Virus record (IMG/VR): IMGVR_UViG_3300045999_001420
Coordinates: 1 to 53,546 of that record
DNA: 53,546 bases
Strand: one strand, 5' to 3'
From: a virus
Taxonomy: Duplodnaviria; Caudoviricetes
The stretch's first letter is position 1. The number at the start of each line of letters is the position of its first letter. The position numbers and the translations under genes were made by a program. The notes under the pieces were generated by a model. The model saw only the letters and a program-made list of their open reading frames with translations. It was not told where the DNA came from and made no database searches. This document shows, piece after piece, positions 24,312 to 35,297 of this stretch.

Positions 24312-25540
24312 CCCAGATCACTTATATCAAGTCGTCGCTGCGGCACTCCTCCGCGCTTACGACCCCAGAGGTCGCCCTCACGCAGTTCGGCCTGTGGAAG
24401 AGCATCAAGCGGGCGTTTAAGAAGTACGCCAAGCCGCTTGCCGCCATCGTCGGCATCGCAGCATCCATCGCTGTCCCGTTCATCGCCCCAGCGGTTGCTG
24501 GAGTTATCTTTGGTGGTACGGCCCTCGCTTCCGGTGCTATCGGCGCTGCTATTGCAGGCGCTGGGTTGGGTGCTGCCGCAGGCGCACTGACTGCTTATGG
24601 TACGGGTCAGAGCGTCCTCATGGGTGCTGGCCTTGGTCTTCTCGGCGGTGGCCTTGGCGGCGGCATTTCTGGATTTACCGGCAGTGGCGGTGCGTTCTTG
24701 GGTAGCACGGCTGACGCTATCTATGGTTCTGGCATGGCCGCTTCTGCACTTACCGGCCCCGGCGCTGGTGGTTTGCTGGCTAGTGCTCTTCCCGGCTCCG
24801 CAGGTGCTGCCGCTCCCGGCACTGCTGCCGCAGGCACCGCAGGTACTACCGCCGCCACAACTGCTTCGACCGGTATCGGCTCTCGTCTTCTTGAAGCTAC
24901 GCTCAAGGCGGGTCCCGGCGCTGTCGGTACGCTTGTCTCCAGCCTTGCGCCGTCTGACGTGGGCGCTGCGACGGCGGAACTTAAAGCTGAGATGGAGCGT
25001 CTCCAGAACTCTGACATCAACGCCTATAACAATGCGAAGGTTCTGTACGACCAGCTTTTTGCACGCTACATGCAGATCGATTCTACCGCCGCTGCGCGGC
25101 TTGCTGAAGCGGATGTTCAGATGAAGACCGCTGGTCTTATCTCTGGAGTAAACGTCGCTCGTGGTGCTGCGTCTGCTGAATATGCCGGTGAAGCTGAGAA
25201 GCGCCGCCTTGGAGTACAGGGTTCGCAGGAAGCTTCCGGTGCTTTCACCGATACTTACTATCAGGGCGAGGGTGCCAAGACACAGGCACTCGCTGGTCTG
25301 TCCGGGGTTAACCCCCGATATTCTTCAAGCAGCGGTAACTATCTTGCCAACCGTGTAAATCGTGCTGAAGAGCAGCAGGCTGGTCTTGGGGCAGATATCG
25401 CTGCCGGTTTGACGCCATACACCTTGGCACTGGCTCCGAGGGACACGACTGTTACGAGCGAAGACTACGACCGACTGCTGAGAGAAAACGACAGTCTGCG
25501 CCGCCGCAGGCTCACTGAAGACAGTCTTACTGGCGCTTGA
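24308..25540 (+). CDS. ejection (DNA injection) protein
   Basis: Gly/Ala-rich hydrophobic N-terminal half and helical C-terminus. Confidence 0.7.
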   Translation: MTQITYIKSSLRHSSALTTPEVALTQFGLWKSIKRAFKKYAKPLAAIVGIAASIAVPFIAPAVAGVIFGGTALASGAIGAAIAGAGLGAAAGALTAYGTGQSVLMGAGLGLLGGGLGGGISGFTGSGGAFLGSTADAIYGSGMAASALTGPGAGGLLASALPGSAGAAAPGTAAAGTAGTTAATTASTGIGSRLLEATLKAGPGAVGTLVSSLAPSDVGAATAELKAEMERLQNSDINAYNNAKVLYDQLFARYMQIDSTAAARLAEADVQMKTAGLISGVNVARGAASAEYAGEAEKRRLGVQGSQEASGAFTDTYYQGEGAKTQALAGLSGVNPRYSSSSGNYLANRVNRAEEQQAGLGADIAAGLTPYTLALAPRDTTVTSEDYDRLLRENDSLRRRRLTEDSLTGA

Positions 25541-25548
25541 GGTTCTAG

Positions 25549-27804
25549 ATGGCATACGTAGCAGGGCTTTACACCAAGGCCAGTCAGGCTTCCGCCGACG
25601 AGGCAAGGCGGTTCCGCGACTTCCAGACCCAGATCGATGAGATGGGTGCGCGTGAACGCGCAGGTCTGATGCGTCAGCAGCAGGCCGCTATGGATCGCCA
25701 GATGGCTGGTCTTGTTCAGCCGGGTCAGCTTTATACGCCCGAAACGCTGCCGCGTGTTTCTCCCGCCGGGACTTCAGTTGCGACCTCGCCGCTTCCGGCG
25801 ATGATGCCAGAGCAGCAAATCCAGCCTGAACTCACCGCACCTGCCGGTGCTGCTCCCGCACCTGCTGCCGGACTTACACCGTTCCGCATGTCTCCGGGTC
25901 CGATTGAGGCTGGCGGTACGCAGCCGCCCAGTGTCGCCCCTACCGGAGATCAGACAAAGACCGGTTTCGAGCAGGTTTTGCAAGGTGCAAAGCCAGTACT
26001 TCAGCGCAGGTACAATACGGATATACTTGAGAAGCTGCGCGTCTCTCCGCTACAGGGTGCGTATGACTTCTTCTTTACGCCTACCGGAGAAGTCGCGTCT
26101 AAAGAACAGACCGCAAAGCTAAATACTGAGGCAAGCACTTGGTACGCAAGCGAAGCTGTGCGCAATTTTATTACTTCGGATCAGACTGCATACACAGAAG
26201 CAGCACGCGATCCAGTCGGGTATTACCAGAAGAACAAGGACAAGATTGGCAAGAAAGCCGCCGCACCCGCAGCGGCTGCACCTGCTGAACAGCCCGCACC
26301 CGGTGGTACGCAGCCTATTCCTGCTCCGACTTCTACTGGCATTGCTCCGCTCGAAGTGCCCGCTGCCGTCCCTGTGAAGGACGAAGCGTTTGCAACGCAG
26401 TCGGCTGTGAAGCTTGAGAATGAGTTCCTGCCGCGCGTTGCTGAAGTCCCGCAGATGATGACTTCGGATACCGTCCAGCGCCTTGTGCGCCGCGCAACGG
26501 AACTTGGTGTGGACCCTGCTGCCGCCGTCGCCATCTACGGTGTCGAGACAAACTTCGGTCGTCGCGTAGGCGTCAGCGAGAAGGGCGCTCGTGGTCTGAT
26601 GCAGGTTATTCCTGCTACGTTCAACGGGATGAAGACGTTCTTCACGGACCCGGCTGAGATCAAGCGGTACAACATCCCGCAGCCCCTCGTGGATGCTGCG
26701 AAGAATATGTCTGCCGACGACGAAAACAGCTTCGATGCTGGTCTCCTGCGTATGAAATATGCAGAGTATAAGGGCGTAGCCAACAACCTCCTCGGCGCTG
26801 GATATAACGCATCTGCTGAAACGATTGCCAAGCTTGGTCGTCCACTGGCAACCGGCTCTGGCATCACGAACGAAGACTACAACAAGGCGTATATCGCACT
26901 CTACAACGAGGCGCGTAACTACGTTGGTCTTGAGCCGAACGCCCAGATGGCAAACTACGAAGCCACGGCACCACTCAGGCTTCAGGAGATCGACACCAAC
27001 GAGCAGCTTGAACTTACGAACTACAACAACGAGATCGGTCTGCTCCAGACGCAGAACGAACGTATCCTCGCCCAGCGCAATGTCATCGCGCAGCAGATCG
27101 CGTTCGCTCAGCAGAGCGGTTTTGCCAACCGTATTCCGGCATTGCAGCAGCAGCTTCTCCAGATCGATGACCTCCTTATGCAGGTGACGCAGCAGGCCAA
27201 CCAGTTGAACGCCGGGTATCAGACCAAGTTCAACGAGTTCAACATGCAGCGCACGACGGAGTTCAGTAACGTTGCTATCGGCAGGATGCTCCGTGGTGAT
27301 CCACGGTCGCTGTCGGAGCAGTGGTCCCGTGCCTATGGAGAACCTGTCACCATCCAGCGCCGGTCTGACGGCAAGTACAATATCTTCATGGGTGCGGACG
27401 GTCGCCGCATGAGTCCCGCAGCGGGCATGACCCCGGATGAGGTGGCTACCCAGTTCAAGATGGAGTTCGACTCTGCCTTCCGTGCGCAGGAAGCCGAGCG
27501 CCGTCAGGCCGAGCGTGATGCCGCAGTGCAGCATGACCGGGAGTTGGAGAAGATTTACGTCGAGAACGTCGGAAAGATCGAGGTCGCCAAGATCAGCAAG
27601 TCGCCTGTGCCCGGTTTCAGCAAGCCAGAACCCGTAAGGTACAACGAAGCGGGAGTTGCCATCGAGTTCATCTCCTTCGGTGAGGGTGCTTACGACAACC
27701 AACTTATCCGTATCAAATCCCCGCCGCAGCAGGAACTTAAGGATGGTATTCTCACCATCGATCAGGCTATAATCACCCGCGAACCAAGACCGGGACTTCA
27801 GTGA
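25549..27804 (+). CDS. ejection protein with lytic transglycosylase domain
   Basis: AIYGVETNF...KGARGLMQVIPATF...GYNA SLT motifs. Confidence 0.8.
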   Translation: MAYVAGLYTKASQASADEARRFRDFQTQIDEMGARERAGLMRQQQAAMDRQMAGLVQPGQLYTPETLPRVSPAGTSVATSPLPAMMPEQQIQPELTAPAGAAPAPAAGLTPFRMSPGPIEAGGTQPPSVAPTGDQTKTGFEQVLQGAKPVLQRRYNTDILEKLRVSPLQGAYDFFFTPTGEVASKEQTAKLNTEASTWYASEAVRNFITSDQTAYTEAARDPVGYYQKNKDKIGKKAAAPAAAAPAEQPAPGGTQPIPAPTSTGIAPLEVPAAVPVKDEAFATQSAVKLENEFLPRVAEVPQMMTSDTVQRLVRRATELGVDPAAAVAIYGVETNFGRRVGVSEKGARGLMQVIPATFNGMKTFFTDPAEIKRYNIPQPLVDAAKNMSADDENSFDAGLLRMKYAEYKGVANNLLGAGYNASAETIAKLGRPLATGSGITNEDYNKAYIALYNEARNYVGLEPNAQMANYEATAPLRLQEIDTNEQLELTNYNNEIGLLQTQNERILAQRNVIAQQIAFAQQSGFANRIPALQQQLLQIDDLLMQVTQQANQLNAGYQTKFNEFNMQRTTEFSNVAIGRMLRGDPRSLSEQWSRAYGEPVTIQRRSDGKYNIFMGADGRRMSPAAGMTPDEVATQFKMEFDSAFRAQEAERRQAERDAAVQHDRELEKIYVENVGKIEVAKISKSPVPGFSKPEPVRYNEAGVAIEFISFGEGAYDNQLIRIKSPPQQELKDGILTIDQAIITREPRPGLQ

Positions 27805-30800
27805 TGGCTAATCCGCTCGATCCGACCTTCTCCCCGCTCACCTCTGGTCTTGCAGCCCCGCCGCCTTCGATGGCGGAAGATTACGCCACACGACTTAGAC
27901 AGGCGGGTCTGGCACAGCGGCAGGGGTTTGTTCAGGAACCGGAGCTTCCTACCGGCAGGACGGCACGCCTCGCTTACAGCCCTTCGACCAAGCAGTTCTT
28001 CGTCGGCGGTTACACCTTTGACGATGACAACGACACTGCTGCCGTGGCGCTGTCGAAGTATGCCAACCAAGAAGCTCCGCTCCCTGAAGGTGACTGGCAG
28101 GAAATCGATCCGGCCAGCTACGCACAATATGTTGAGGGTATCCGCAGCCCCGGCTTCTTCCAGCAGATTGCCAACAACTTTGACATCGGTCTTGATGAGG
28201 CCCAGCAGACGCTGGGCTATGGTCTTATGTTTGCTGGTGCGACCGAAACGGGCGCACGCTTGGCAGACCAGAGTGCCGACCTTGCCAAGACCCAGATTTA
28301 CCAGCGCAACATCGAGAACATCGGTGAGAACGGCGTCCTTGACTGGGTTGCTGCAACCATTGGTCGTCTGGGCCCCAACATTATTGAGTCGGTGATCACT
28401 GCCGGTATCGGTGCCGGTATCGGCTCTGCGGCCACTCCCGCTGGTACAGCGGGCGGTGCGGTTCTGGGCTTCTTCGGCAAGTCTGCCGTTAAGAAGGCGC
28501 TCTACGAAGCTGCCAAGAAGCACTACACCGGACAGGCATTGGATGCCGCAGAAAAGAAGCTTCTTCTGTCCAGCGCGGGTATGCTGAACGCTGCGTCCAA
28601 CGCAGCCAAGACCAAGCTGGCCCCCGGTGCGTTCAACCAGTTCATGGAGGAAGGTCTTCAGGCTGGTGCCGAAAACGTAGCCCGTAGGGTTGCCGCCCGT
28701 GCTCCCACGGAGATCGGCGCAGCCGGTCTGTCTCTGGCATCCAACGTCTTCCAGCAGACCGGACAGGCTTATGGCGAGACCATGGCTGACGGTGGCGAAG
28801 GTAATCGCGCTGTCGCTCTCGGTGTTGGTGCGCTTGGCGGTATCGCGGATACGGCTGGTGAGTTCCTGCTGGCTGGCCGTGTGTTCAGCGAAGCGATGGG
28901 TGACGTTGCCGGGTCCATTACCAAGCGCAAGAAGGCCCTCAACATCCTCAAGGGCGTAGGCGCTGGCGCTGGCGTAGGTGCGGGTATGGAAGGTGGAACG
29001 GAAGCGTTCCAAGAAGTCCTCCAGCTTGCTGCTAACCCGGTGGTCGATGTCAATACGGCAGAGGGCCAGAGCCGTCTGCTCAACGCCTTTGCTGGTGGTG
29101 CGCTCCTCGGTGGTGGTTTCGGTGGTGCCGGTGGTATCTTTGCTGGTAGCCTCACTGACAATAAGCAGGAAGCCAACCTTCTGCTTCCAGTGGCGAAGAC
29201 CGACCCCGGCTACGCCCAGTACCTCCTCGATGTGAAGAAGCAGCTTGGCGAGGCTGAGTACAATAAGGTCTTCGGCCCGCCCCAGCCGTACACGAACATT
29301 ATGGAACAGGAAGCGATCAAGGCATCGCAGGTCCCGCTGACTGGGGCCGCGCCTACGACCTTCCAAGTTCAGCCTACCCCGCCGATCAATCTCGGTAGCC
29401 CAAACGTCGCCACTGAAGAATTTGGTATGTCGGGCACTGCGACGGGTGAGCTTCCGCAGGGGGTTATGGCACCCACTGTTTCGGACATGGCTCCTGCGCC
29501 CCCTGCACCGCCCGCACCTATCTCCATGGGTGCCACCATGGCCCCCGGCCAGATGGGCGGGGCAACGACTTTCGAGCAGTTCCAAGCTGCTGCGATGCAG
29601 CAGGCGCAGCAGGCTGCGGCAGCACCCGTGGCTCCTACCCCGCCGCCCGTACAAGACCTTCGTAGTGTTGGTATCCCACAGCCTGCGGCTGCTGGCGCAG
29701 CGCCGCTTCCCGGTGGCGAAAGCATCAACGCTCGTCTCCTTCGTAGGGGTGCTACCGCACAGGCCACACCGCCCGCTCAGCAGCAGGGTACGATCCAGCA
29801 GGTTGTTGAGCAGGGTCCTCTTCGTATGGCAGGGCAAGTTCCTGCTCGTATGGGTGCATTACTTCGCCCCACTGCGGTGATGGATCGGGTCCCTTCAACT
29901 GCTGGTCAGGCTACCGGCACCGTGGTGCAGCCGCTCACTGCTGCCATTAACCTCAAGCGTCCCGCCTCCCCGGCGGGTGGGCGTACAAACGCGCTTGCCT
30001 TTCTGTCTAATGTCATCAATGCAGGACAGAATACGTTTAATACAAGCGAACTTGGGTCGTATCTTTTCCCTAAGAAGACAAAGCTCAACGCCGTTGATCG
30101 CAACCGTGTGAACACAATTATTGATCGCCTGATCACGGACAAGTTAATCGCTGAAGGACCCATTGGTACATACACTATAGATACGGAGAAGGTTCGTGCC
30201 ACTCAGCCCGGAGCAGGAACAGAAGGTGCAAAGCCTGCTGGAGAAGGGGCAGGCAAAGACAGAGGCGCAGGCAAGGGCAATCGTCTACGCGCAGAGCAAC
30301 CGCCCACCGCCAAAGAACCCGCATCCGAAGCACAAGGGCCTGCCGCCCGGAGTAAAGAAGTACGGGAAGAAGTTGGTGGAGCCGCTCTTCTAGCGGCTAA
30401 GAAGCCCGTCGTGGAGAAGAAGCCGCCGCGTAAGACGCTCAAGAAACCTGCGGAGCCGGAACCCCCAAAAGCGGAAGGGGCAGCGGTCGCCCCCTCGCAA
30501 GAGGCCGCAAAGACTAAGGGTAAGAAGCCTGCTGCCGAAAAGGTGAAGCCCTACAAGGACCTCACTGAAGACGAGCAGCTTGCGCTTGCCAAGGAAGCCG
30601 AGAAGCAGGGGGCAATAGTCGCTACGCTGATGGAGCGTGAGCAGGATGTCCCTGACCTTCCCATGAATGCGACCAAAGTGGAAGCCGACCTCTATGAGGT
30701 GTACGGCACCATTGGCAATATCATCCTTGCTCAGCGCGACAACAAAAAGAAGGGCACGTCCGTAAAGAACGCTGCCAAGCAGTCGTTCATCGATAGCGTT

Positions 30801-33800
30801 GGTACGCTCTACAACTGGGCAACCAAGCCGGGTATGGCGCAGGAAGCCAAGAACACTGCTGCCGCCTTCTTGGATGCGCAGATTTCCGCCAGCGAGACCG
30901 TGCCGCTGAAGGAAGGCGTGAAGCAGGCAATCAAAGACGCTGAGCAGGGTATGTTCAGCCTCTCCCAGTTCGACGCTGTAACTAATCCAGTGGATGAGAA
31001 CGGTCGCCCTGCCAAGGGTGTGAACCCGATCCGGGCCAAGGCTATCGTGGACAGGTTCCGCAGCGGCCTTGCCAAGGCTCCGAAGTTCTTCGTCTACAAG
31101 AACCAAGCTGATCTCCAGAGCCGTAACCCTGACCTCTACCAACGCGCAGTGGCAGCGCGTCCGCAGGGAGATTTCGATACTGCCATGGCTTCCGGCTACG
31201 CCTTCGATGGCACGGTGCTGGTCTTCACCGACCGCATCCCGACCGAAAAGTACATGCGGTTCCTGCTGGCTCACGAGGCCATTGGTCACTTTGGTATGCG
31301 CTCCCTGCTGCCCGCGAAGCAGTTCGATGCGCTCATGGACTACGTCTATGATAATAACCCCAGTGTGCGTCAGTCGGTCGATGGTGCCCTGAAGGGTAGC
31401 AAGGACCTTGGTGCCCGCCGCGAGGCGGTCGAAGAGCACATGGCGAAGTTCGCTGAGACGCTGGACAGCAGCATTCTCAGGCGCGTGTGGTCTGCCATCA
31501 AGGACGTGCTGAACAAGCTCGGCGTTAAGTTCGAGGACGACATCGTCCGCTATCTCGTGTCTCAGGCCCGCAGCACCGTGCGCAATGGTTCGTCCATGTT
31601 CACGCCCAGCACCTTCGCGCTCAACCTCCAAACCGTGATGACCAACAACGGCACTGGGCGGTTCAGCGTCGATCCGGTCTACTCTGCACAACATACGTTG
31701 CGCAACCAACTGGACCTCATGGCTACGCCACTCGCCAGCATCGAGGAGACGGGCAATACTCTCAGGGACCTCAAGATCGATGGTCTCGACAAGTTCGAGA
31801 ACTTCATGCGCAACGTCTTCCGTCTGCGCAACTTCAATGCTTTGCGTAACCATGGGGCACAGATCGCTGAACGCCTCAAGGACGCCATGCGCACGGGTGC
31901 GCAGTCCCTGTACAACACCTACAACGAGCGTCTTGCGAAGCTACTGGCACTGACGGGCAACTCCCGCCAGACCGTTTCCTATGCCATGGTGATCAGCCGC
32001 CGTATCGCCAGCAGCCGCTTCAAACTCGATGAGAACCTGCGCAACAAGGCGCTACTGGTTCTCGGTGACGAACGTCTGGATGGTTCCGGGCGCGACACAA
32101 CGGTTGACGAGGATACGCTCAAGCAGCTTCTCGCTCTCGGTACGCTGTCCAAGAAGGAACTCGAAGACGGCGCGACCATCACCTACGAAGAGGCCATCGA
32201 AGGCGGCAAGACCAAGACGGTCACCGCCAAGGTCAAGGGTCTACAGGAAGAACTCGGTCGTGGTCTGACGGACGAAGAGTACGACATCTATGTTCAGACC
32301 CGCAAAGACCTTGCTGATCTCGACATCGAACGCCTGAAGGCGCAGTTCGACAACTTCTTCCTTGCCGAGAAGGTATCCACCAAGGGCATCAACAAGGTCC
32401 TTGCCGATAAGGAGATGACAGCCGACGACGGCAAGTTCGTCAGGGACATCGTGAACCACGCCAAGAAGCTCTTCGTGGATGACATGGAGTACGACGAGCG
32501 CGGTATGCCGGATGTCACGACCAAGACGGCTATGCGCATGGAGCAGTTCTTCAAGGCGGTCAACACGGCCATCGTGAAGAAGGAATTCACCGACGACCTC
32601 AAGAAGGACGTGCGGGAGTTCTACGCCAACGAGAAGCAGGCCGAAGCTGCCATCAAGAAGATCGAGGACTTCCGCAGCCGCCGCACAGAGTTCAGCGGCC
32701 TTGAAGAGCAGAGTGTAATTTATACCGTGCAGGACAGGGTCAAGGAGATCGTCCTTGCCGACGCCGCTTTCGAGCGGGCGCAGATGTTTGTGCGCAGGTC
32801 CATCGCTTCGTCGCACGTTCCACTGTGGCGCGAGGGCAAGTTCCAAGTCCGTGTTGAAGCGCAGATCAACGGCAGGACGGTCCAGCTTCACCCCGACGTG
32901 CAGAACAAGATGATCTACAGCTTGGCCCCGAATTTGTCGGAGGCTGAAAACGCAGCAGCGTTCTACAATGACAACATGAAAGATGTTGAGTACAGCGGTC
33001 TCGTCAGGGACGACGCAACCGGCGAGTACAAGACGCAGACTTTCAAGGTGTTTGCCCGCGCATCCAAGACCGTGGATACCGTGTCGTCCGATCCGTCCAT
33101 CGACATCGACAACTTCCTCTACACGATGCGTGTTCTTGGCATTCCTCTGGCCCCGGACAAGCACGCCAAGGCGATCACCATGTTGACGGCTCCGGGCAGT
33201 GCGCTTCGTAAGTCGTTGAAGTTCGATGACACCCCCGGCTACGATGCCAGCAGGACGGTCGAGGCTGTTGCACGCCACGTCACCACACGCTCTTCGCTCA
33301 TCGTGAAGACGCGCTTCCAGCCGCTGCTCCGTGATCTCATGGATCAGTCCTCCGAGACGGGCCAGAAGTGGTTCGGTGACAAGGAAGCTGTCATCACCGC
33401 CAAGGAGCGCCTCGACGCCGCGACTGACCAGAAGCAGAAGGACTACTGGCAGGACAGGCTCAACAAAGAACTCTATATGTACGTCACCACTAACCCCGGA
33501 GCCAAGGGGTGGGATGGTAGCCGCTCGACGTTCAACAACCAGCCGACCAAGGCCAGCCTTGGTATGCGTTACTACAGCGACACCAGCGCAGAGTTCGACG
33601 CCGTCAACGACGCGCCCAATATCAACGAGTCCACGTTCGAGGGTAAGCGGTACGCTGCGCTGGCAAAGATGGTCACCAGCATCGGCTTCCTCGGCGGTAT
33701 GATGACGCAGTTCGCGCAGAACCTGATGTCGCCCGCTACGAACGTGCTGCCGTATCTCGCATCCAAGGACAGCCAGACTGGCTTCGGTGGTGGCTTCGGC

Positions 33801-35297
33801 ATGGCGGTCATGCCCACCTACCTCAAGGCGTTCAAGGACGTTGTCGGGGTGCGCGGGATGAACCCGTTCACTGATCCCATCGAAGACGCCAAGGCGTTCG
33901 AGAAAGCCGCTGCCGAGATCAAGGCCGCGCGTGATGCTGGTGACACTGCCAAGGAAGCTCAGCTTGTCCAGCAGTATAACCTTAGCTACTACGAAGCTCT
34001 GAACATCGCCCGCGAAATCCGCGAAGGCAAACTCATCCCGGCACAGGCAAACGCCCTGCTGGAGACTGCTCGTGGTATGTTCACTGGTAAGATTGCCAAG
34101 GGCTTCCTCAAATTCTCCGACGTGTACATGGCTCCGTTCAACGTATCGGAACAGGCCACTCGCCGCGCCACCTTCCTCACTGCGTTCCGGTTGGAGTTCA
34201 ACCGCCTGAAGGAAGCCGGGTTCAACGAGGACAAGGCCAGCGAGATGGCCCGCCTCTTCGCCATCGATACGGTGGATAAGACGCTGGGTGAATACTCCAA
34301 CACCAATCGCCCGCCTGTGTGGCGCGATGGCGTCATGTCGCTGCTGTTCGTCTACAAGACCTACCCTCTGACATCTCTGCTGCTGTTCAAGAACCTGTCT
34401 CGCGCAGGTAAGATCGGCATGTTGACTTCGCTCTACGTGCTGGCTGGTGCTGCTGGCTTCCCGCTGGTGGACGACATTGAAGACCTCATCGATACGCTCT
34501 CGCAGCGGTTCGGCCTCGACCTCGGTCAGGGTCCTGCCGTGCGCATGGCGATTGTCCGTCAGCTTGAAGAGTTCTTCCCCGGTTGGTCTGACCTGATCCT
34601 GCGTGGCCCGATGAACCACTACACGGGTGCGGACGTTGGTGCGAAGTTCGGTCTGGAGGACTTCCTCCCCGGCACGGGCATCTTCCTCAAGGGTGCCAAC
34701 ACCACGGAAGAACTCAAGAGCATCGCTGGACCCGTGGTAGGTATGGGTCTGAGCATGGGCAACTTCCTGTACGACCTCGGTCGCGCTCCGCTTTCGGCCA
34801 CTGTCAGTGCGGTAGACGTAGCCCGTGAAGCTCCGATCTCTCTGGTCCGCGCCATCGGTGACAGCGTAGCCTACATGCAGAATGGTGCCATCGTGGATCG
34901 CCGTGGCTACATCGTATCGCCAGAAGTCAGTGCTGCGACCGTGCTCTCCCGCATCATTGGTTTCTACCCGGCTGACGCAGCGCGGCAGTACGACTTCATC
35001 AAGTATGCTAACCGCATGAACTACGACTACAAGGAAGTCGGGATCGCCTACCGCATGGCTTGGGTCAAGGCTATGATGACAGGCGACAGGTCACAGGCCG
35101 CACGCATCGTGCGCGAGGTCAACGACTGGAACGAGGCCAACCAAGGTGGGCCGGGGGTTATCCGTAACTTCCTGCGCAACGCCCAGAAGGCGCTCAAGGA
35201 AGCCCGCCGCCCTGCTGGTGAAAGGTTCCTCAAGTCTGCGCCAGTCGCGTCTCGCGCCAGCTACGACCGCTTCATGGGGTACATCGCACCAGAGTGA
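27804..35297 (+). CDS. giant ejection/polyvalent-type protein (2497 aa)
   Basis: TM-like Gly/Ala segments, zincin-like HEAIGH (31272-31289) and PLxRFG-like PLWREG (32820-32837). Confidence 0.8.
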   Translation: MANPLDPTFSPLTSGLAAPPPSMAEDYATRLRQAGLAQRQGFVQEPELPTGRTARLAYSPSTKQFFVGGYTFDDDNDTAAVALSKYANQEAPLPEGDWQEIDPASYAQYVEGIRSPGFFQQIANNFDIGLDEAQQTLGYGLMFAGATETGARLADQSADLAKTQIYQRNIENIGENGVLDWVAATIGRLGPNIIESVITAGIGAGIGSAATPAGTAGGAVLGFFGKSAVKKALYEAAKKHYTGQALDAAEKKLLLSSAGMLNAASNAAKTKLAPGAFNQFMEEGLQAGAENVARRVAARAPTEIGAAGLSLASNVFQQTGQAYGETMADGGEGNRAVALGVGALGGIADTAGEFLLAGRVFSEAMGDVAGSITKRKKALNILKGVGAGAGVGAGMEGGTEAFQEVLQLAANPVVDVNTAEGQSRLLNAFAGGALLGGGFGGAGGIFAGSLTDNKQEANLLLPVAKTDPGYAQYLLDVKKQLGEAEYNKVFGPPQPYTNIMEQEAIKASQVPLTGAAPTTFQVQPTPPINLGSPNVATEEFGMSGTATGELPQGVMAPTVSDMAPAPPAPPAPISMGATMAPGQMGGATTFEQFQAAAMQQAQQAAAAPVAPTPPPVQDLRSVGIPQPAAAGAAPLPGGESINARLLRRGATAQATPPAQQQGTIQQVVEQGPLRMAGQVPARMGALLRPTAVMDRVPSTAGQATGTVVQPLTAAINLKRPASPAGGRTNALAFLSNVINAGQNTFNTSELGSYLFPKKTKLNAVDRNRVNTIIDRLITDKLIAEGPIGTYTIDTEKVRATQPGAGTEGAKPAGEGAGKDRGAGKGNRLRAEQPPTAKEPASEAQGPAARSKEVREEVGGAALLAAKKPVVEKKPPRKTLKKPAEPEPPKAEGAAVAPSQEAAKTKGKKPAAEKVKPYKDLTEDEQLALAKEAEKQGAIVATLMEREQDVPDLPMNATKVEADLYEVYGTIGNIILAQRDNKKKGTSVKNAAKQSFIDSVGTLYNWATKPGMAQEAKNTAAAFLDAQISASETVPLKEGVKQAIKDAEQGMFSLSQFDAVTNPVDENGRPAKGVNPIRAKAIVDRFRSGLAKAPKFFVYKNQADLQSRNPDLYQRAVAARPQGDFDTAMASGYAFDGTVLVFTDRIPTEKYMRFLLAHEAIGHFGMRSLLPAKQFDALMDYVYDNNPSVRQSVDGALKGSKDLGARREAVEEHMAKFAETLDSSILRRVWSAIKDVLNKLGVKFEDDIVRYLVSQARSTVRNGSSMFTPSTFALNLQTVMTNNGTGRFSVDPVYSAQHTLRNQLDLMATPLASIEETGNTLRDLKIDGLDKFENFMRNVFRLRNFNALRNHGAQIAERLKDAMRTGAQSLYNTYNERLAKLLALTGNSRQTVSYAMVISRRIASSRFKLDENLRNKALLVLGDERLDGSGRDTTVDEDTLKQLLALGTLSKKELEDGATITYEEAIEGGKTKTVTAKVKGLQEELGRGLTDEEYDIYVQTRKDLADLDIERLKAQFDNFFLAEKVSTKGINKVLADKEMTADDGKFVRDIVNHAKKLFVDDMEYDERGMPDVTTKTAMRMEQFFKAVNTAIVKKEFTDDLKKDVREFYANEKQAEAAIKKIEDFRSRRTEFSGLEEQSVIYTVQDRVKEIVLADAAFERAQMFVRRSIASSHVPLWREGKFQVRVEAQINGRTVQLHPDVQNKMIYSLAPNLSEAENAAAFYNDNMKDVEYSGLVRDDATGEYKTQTFKVFARASKTVDTVSSDPSIDIDNFLYTMRVLGIPLAPDKHAKAITMLTAPGSALRKSLKFDDTPGYDASRTVEAVARHVTTRSSLIVKTRFQPLLRDLMDQSSETGQKWFGDKEAVITAKERLDAATDQKQKDYWQDRLNKELYMYVTTNPGAKGWDGSRSTFNNQPTKASLGMRYYSDTSAEFDAVNDAPNINESTFEGKRYAALAKMVTSIGFLGGMMTQFAQNLMSPATNVLPYLASKDSQTGFGGGFGMAVMPTYLKAFKDVVGVRGMNPFTDPIEDAKAFEKAAAEIKAARDAGDTAKEAQLVQQYNLSYYEALNIAREIREGKLIPAQANALLETARGMFTGKIAKGFLKFSDVYMAPFNVSEQATRRATFLTAFRLEFNRLKEAGFNEDKASEMARLFAIDTVDKTLGEYSNTNRPPVWRDGVMSLLFVYKTYPLTSLLLFKNLSRAGKIGMLTSLYVLAGAAGFPLVDDIEDLIDTLSQRFGLDLGQGPAVRMAIVRQLEEFFPGWSDLILRGPMNHYTGADVGAKFGLEDFLPGTGIFLKGANTTEELKSIAGPVVGMGLSMGNFLYDLGRAPLSATVSAVDVAREAPISLVRAIGDSVAYMQNGAIVDRRGYIVSPEVSAATVLSRIIGFYPADAARQYDFIKYANRMNYDYKEVGIAYRMAWVKAMMTGDRSQAARIVREVNDWNEANQGGPGVIRNFLRNAQKALKEARRPAGERFLKSAPVASRASYDRFMGYIAPE

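Noticed and set aside
26119-34619. Long antisense ORFs (527, 679, 487 and 792 aa; similarly 5285-6853, 8031-9167, 22046-23161)
   Set aside because: They shadow well-supported genes, have no recognisable motifs, and are expected from strong codon bias on the coding strand
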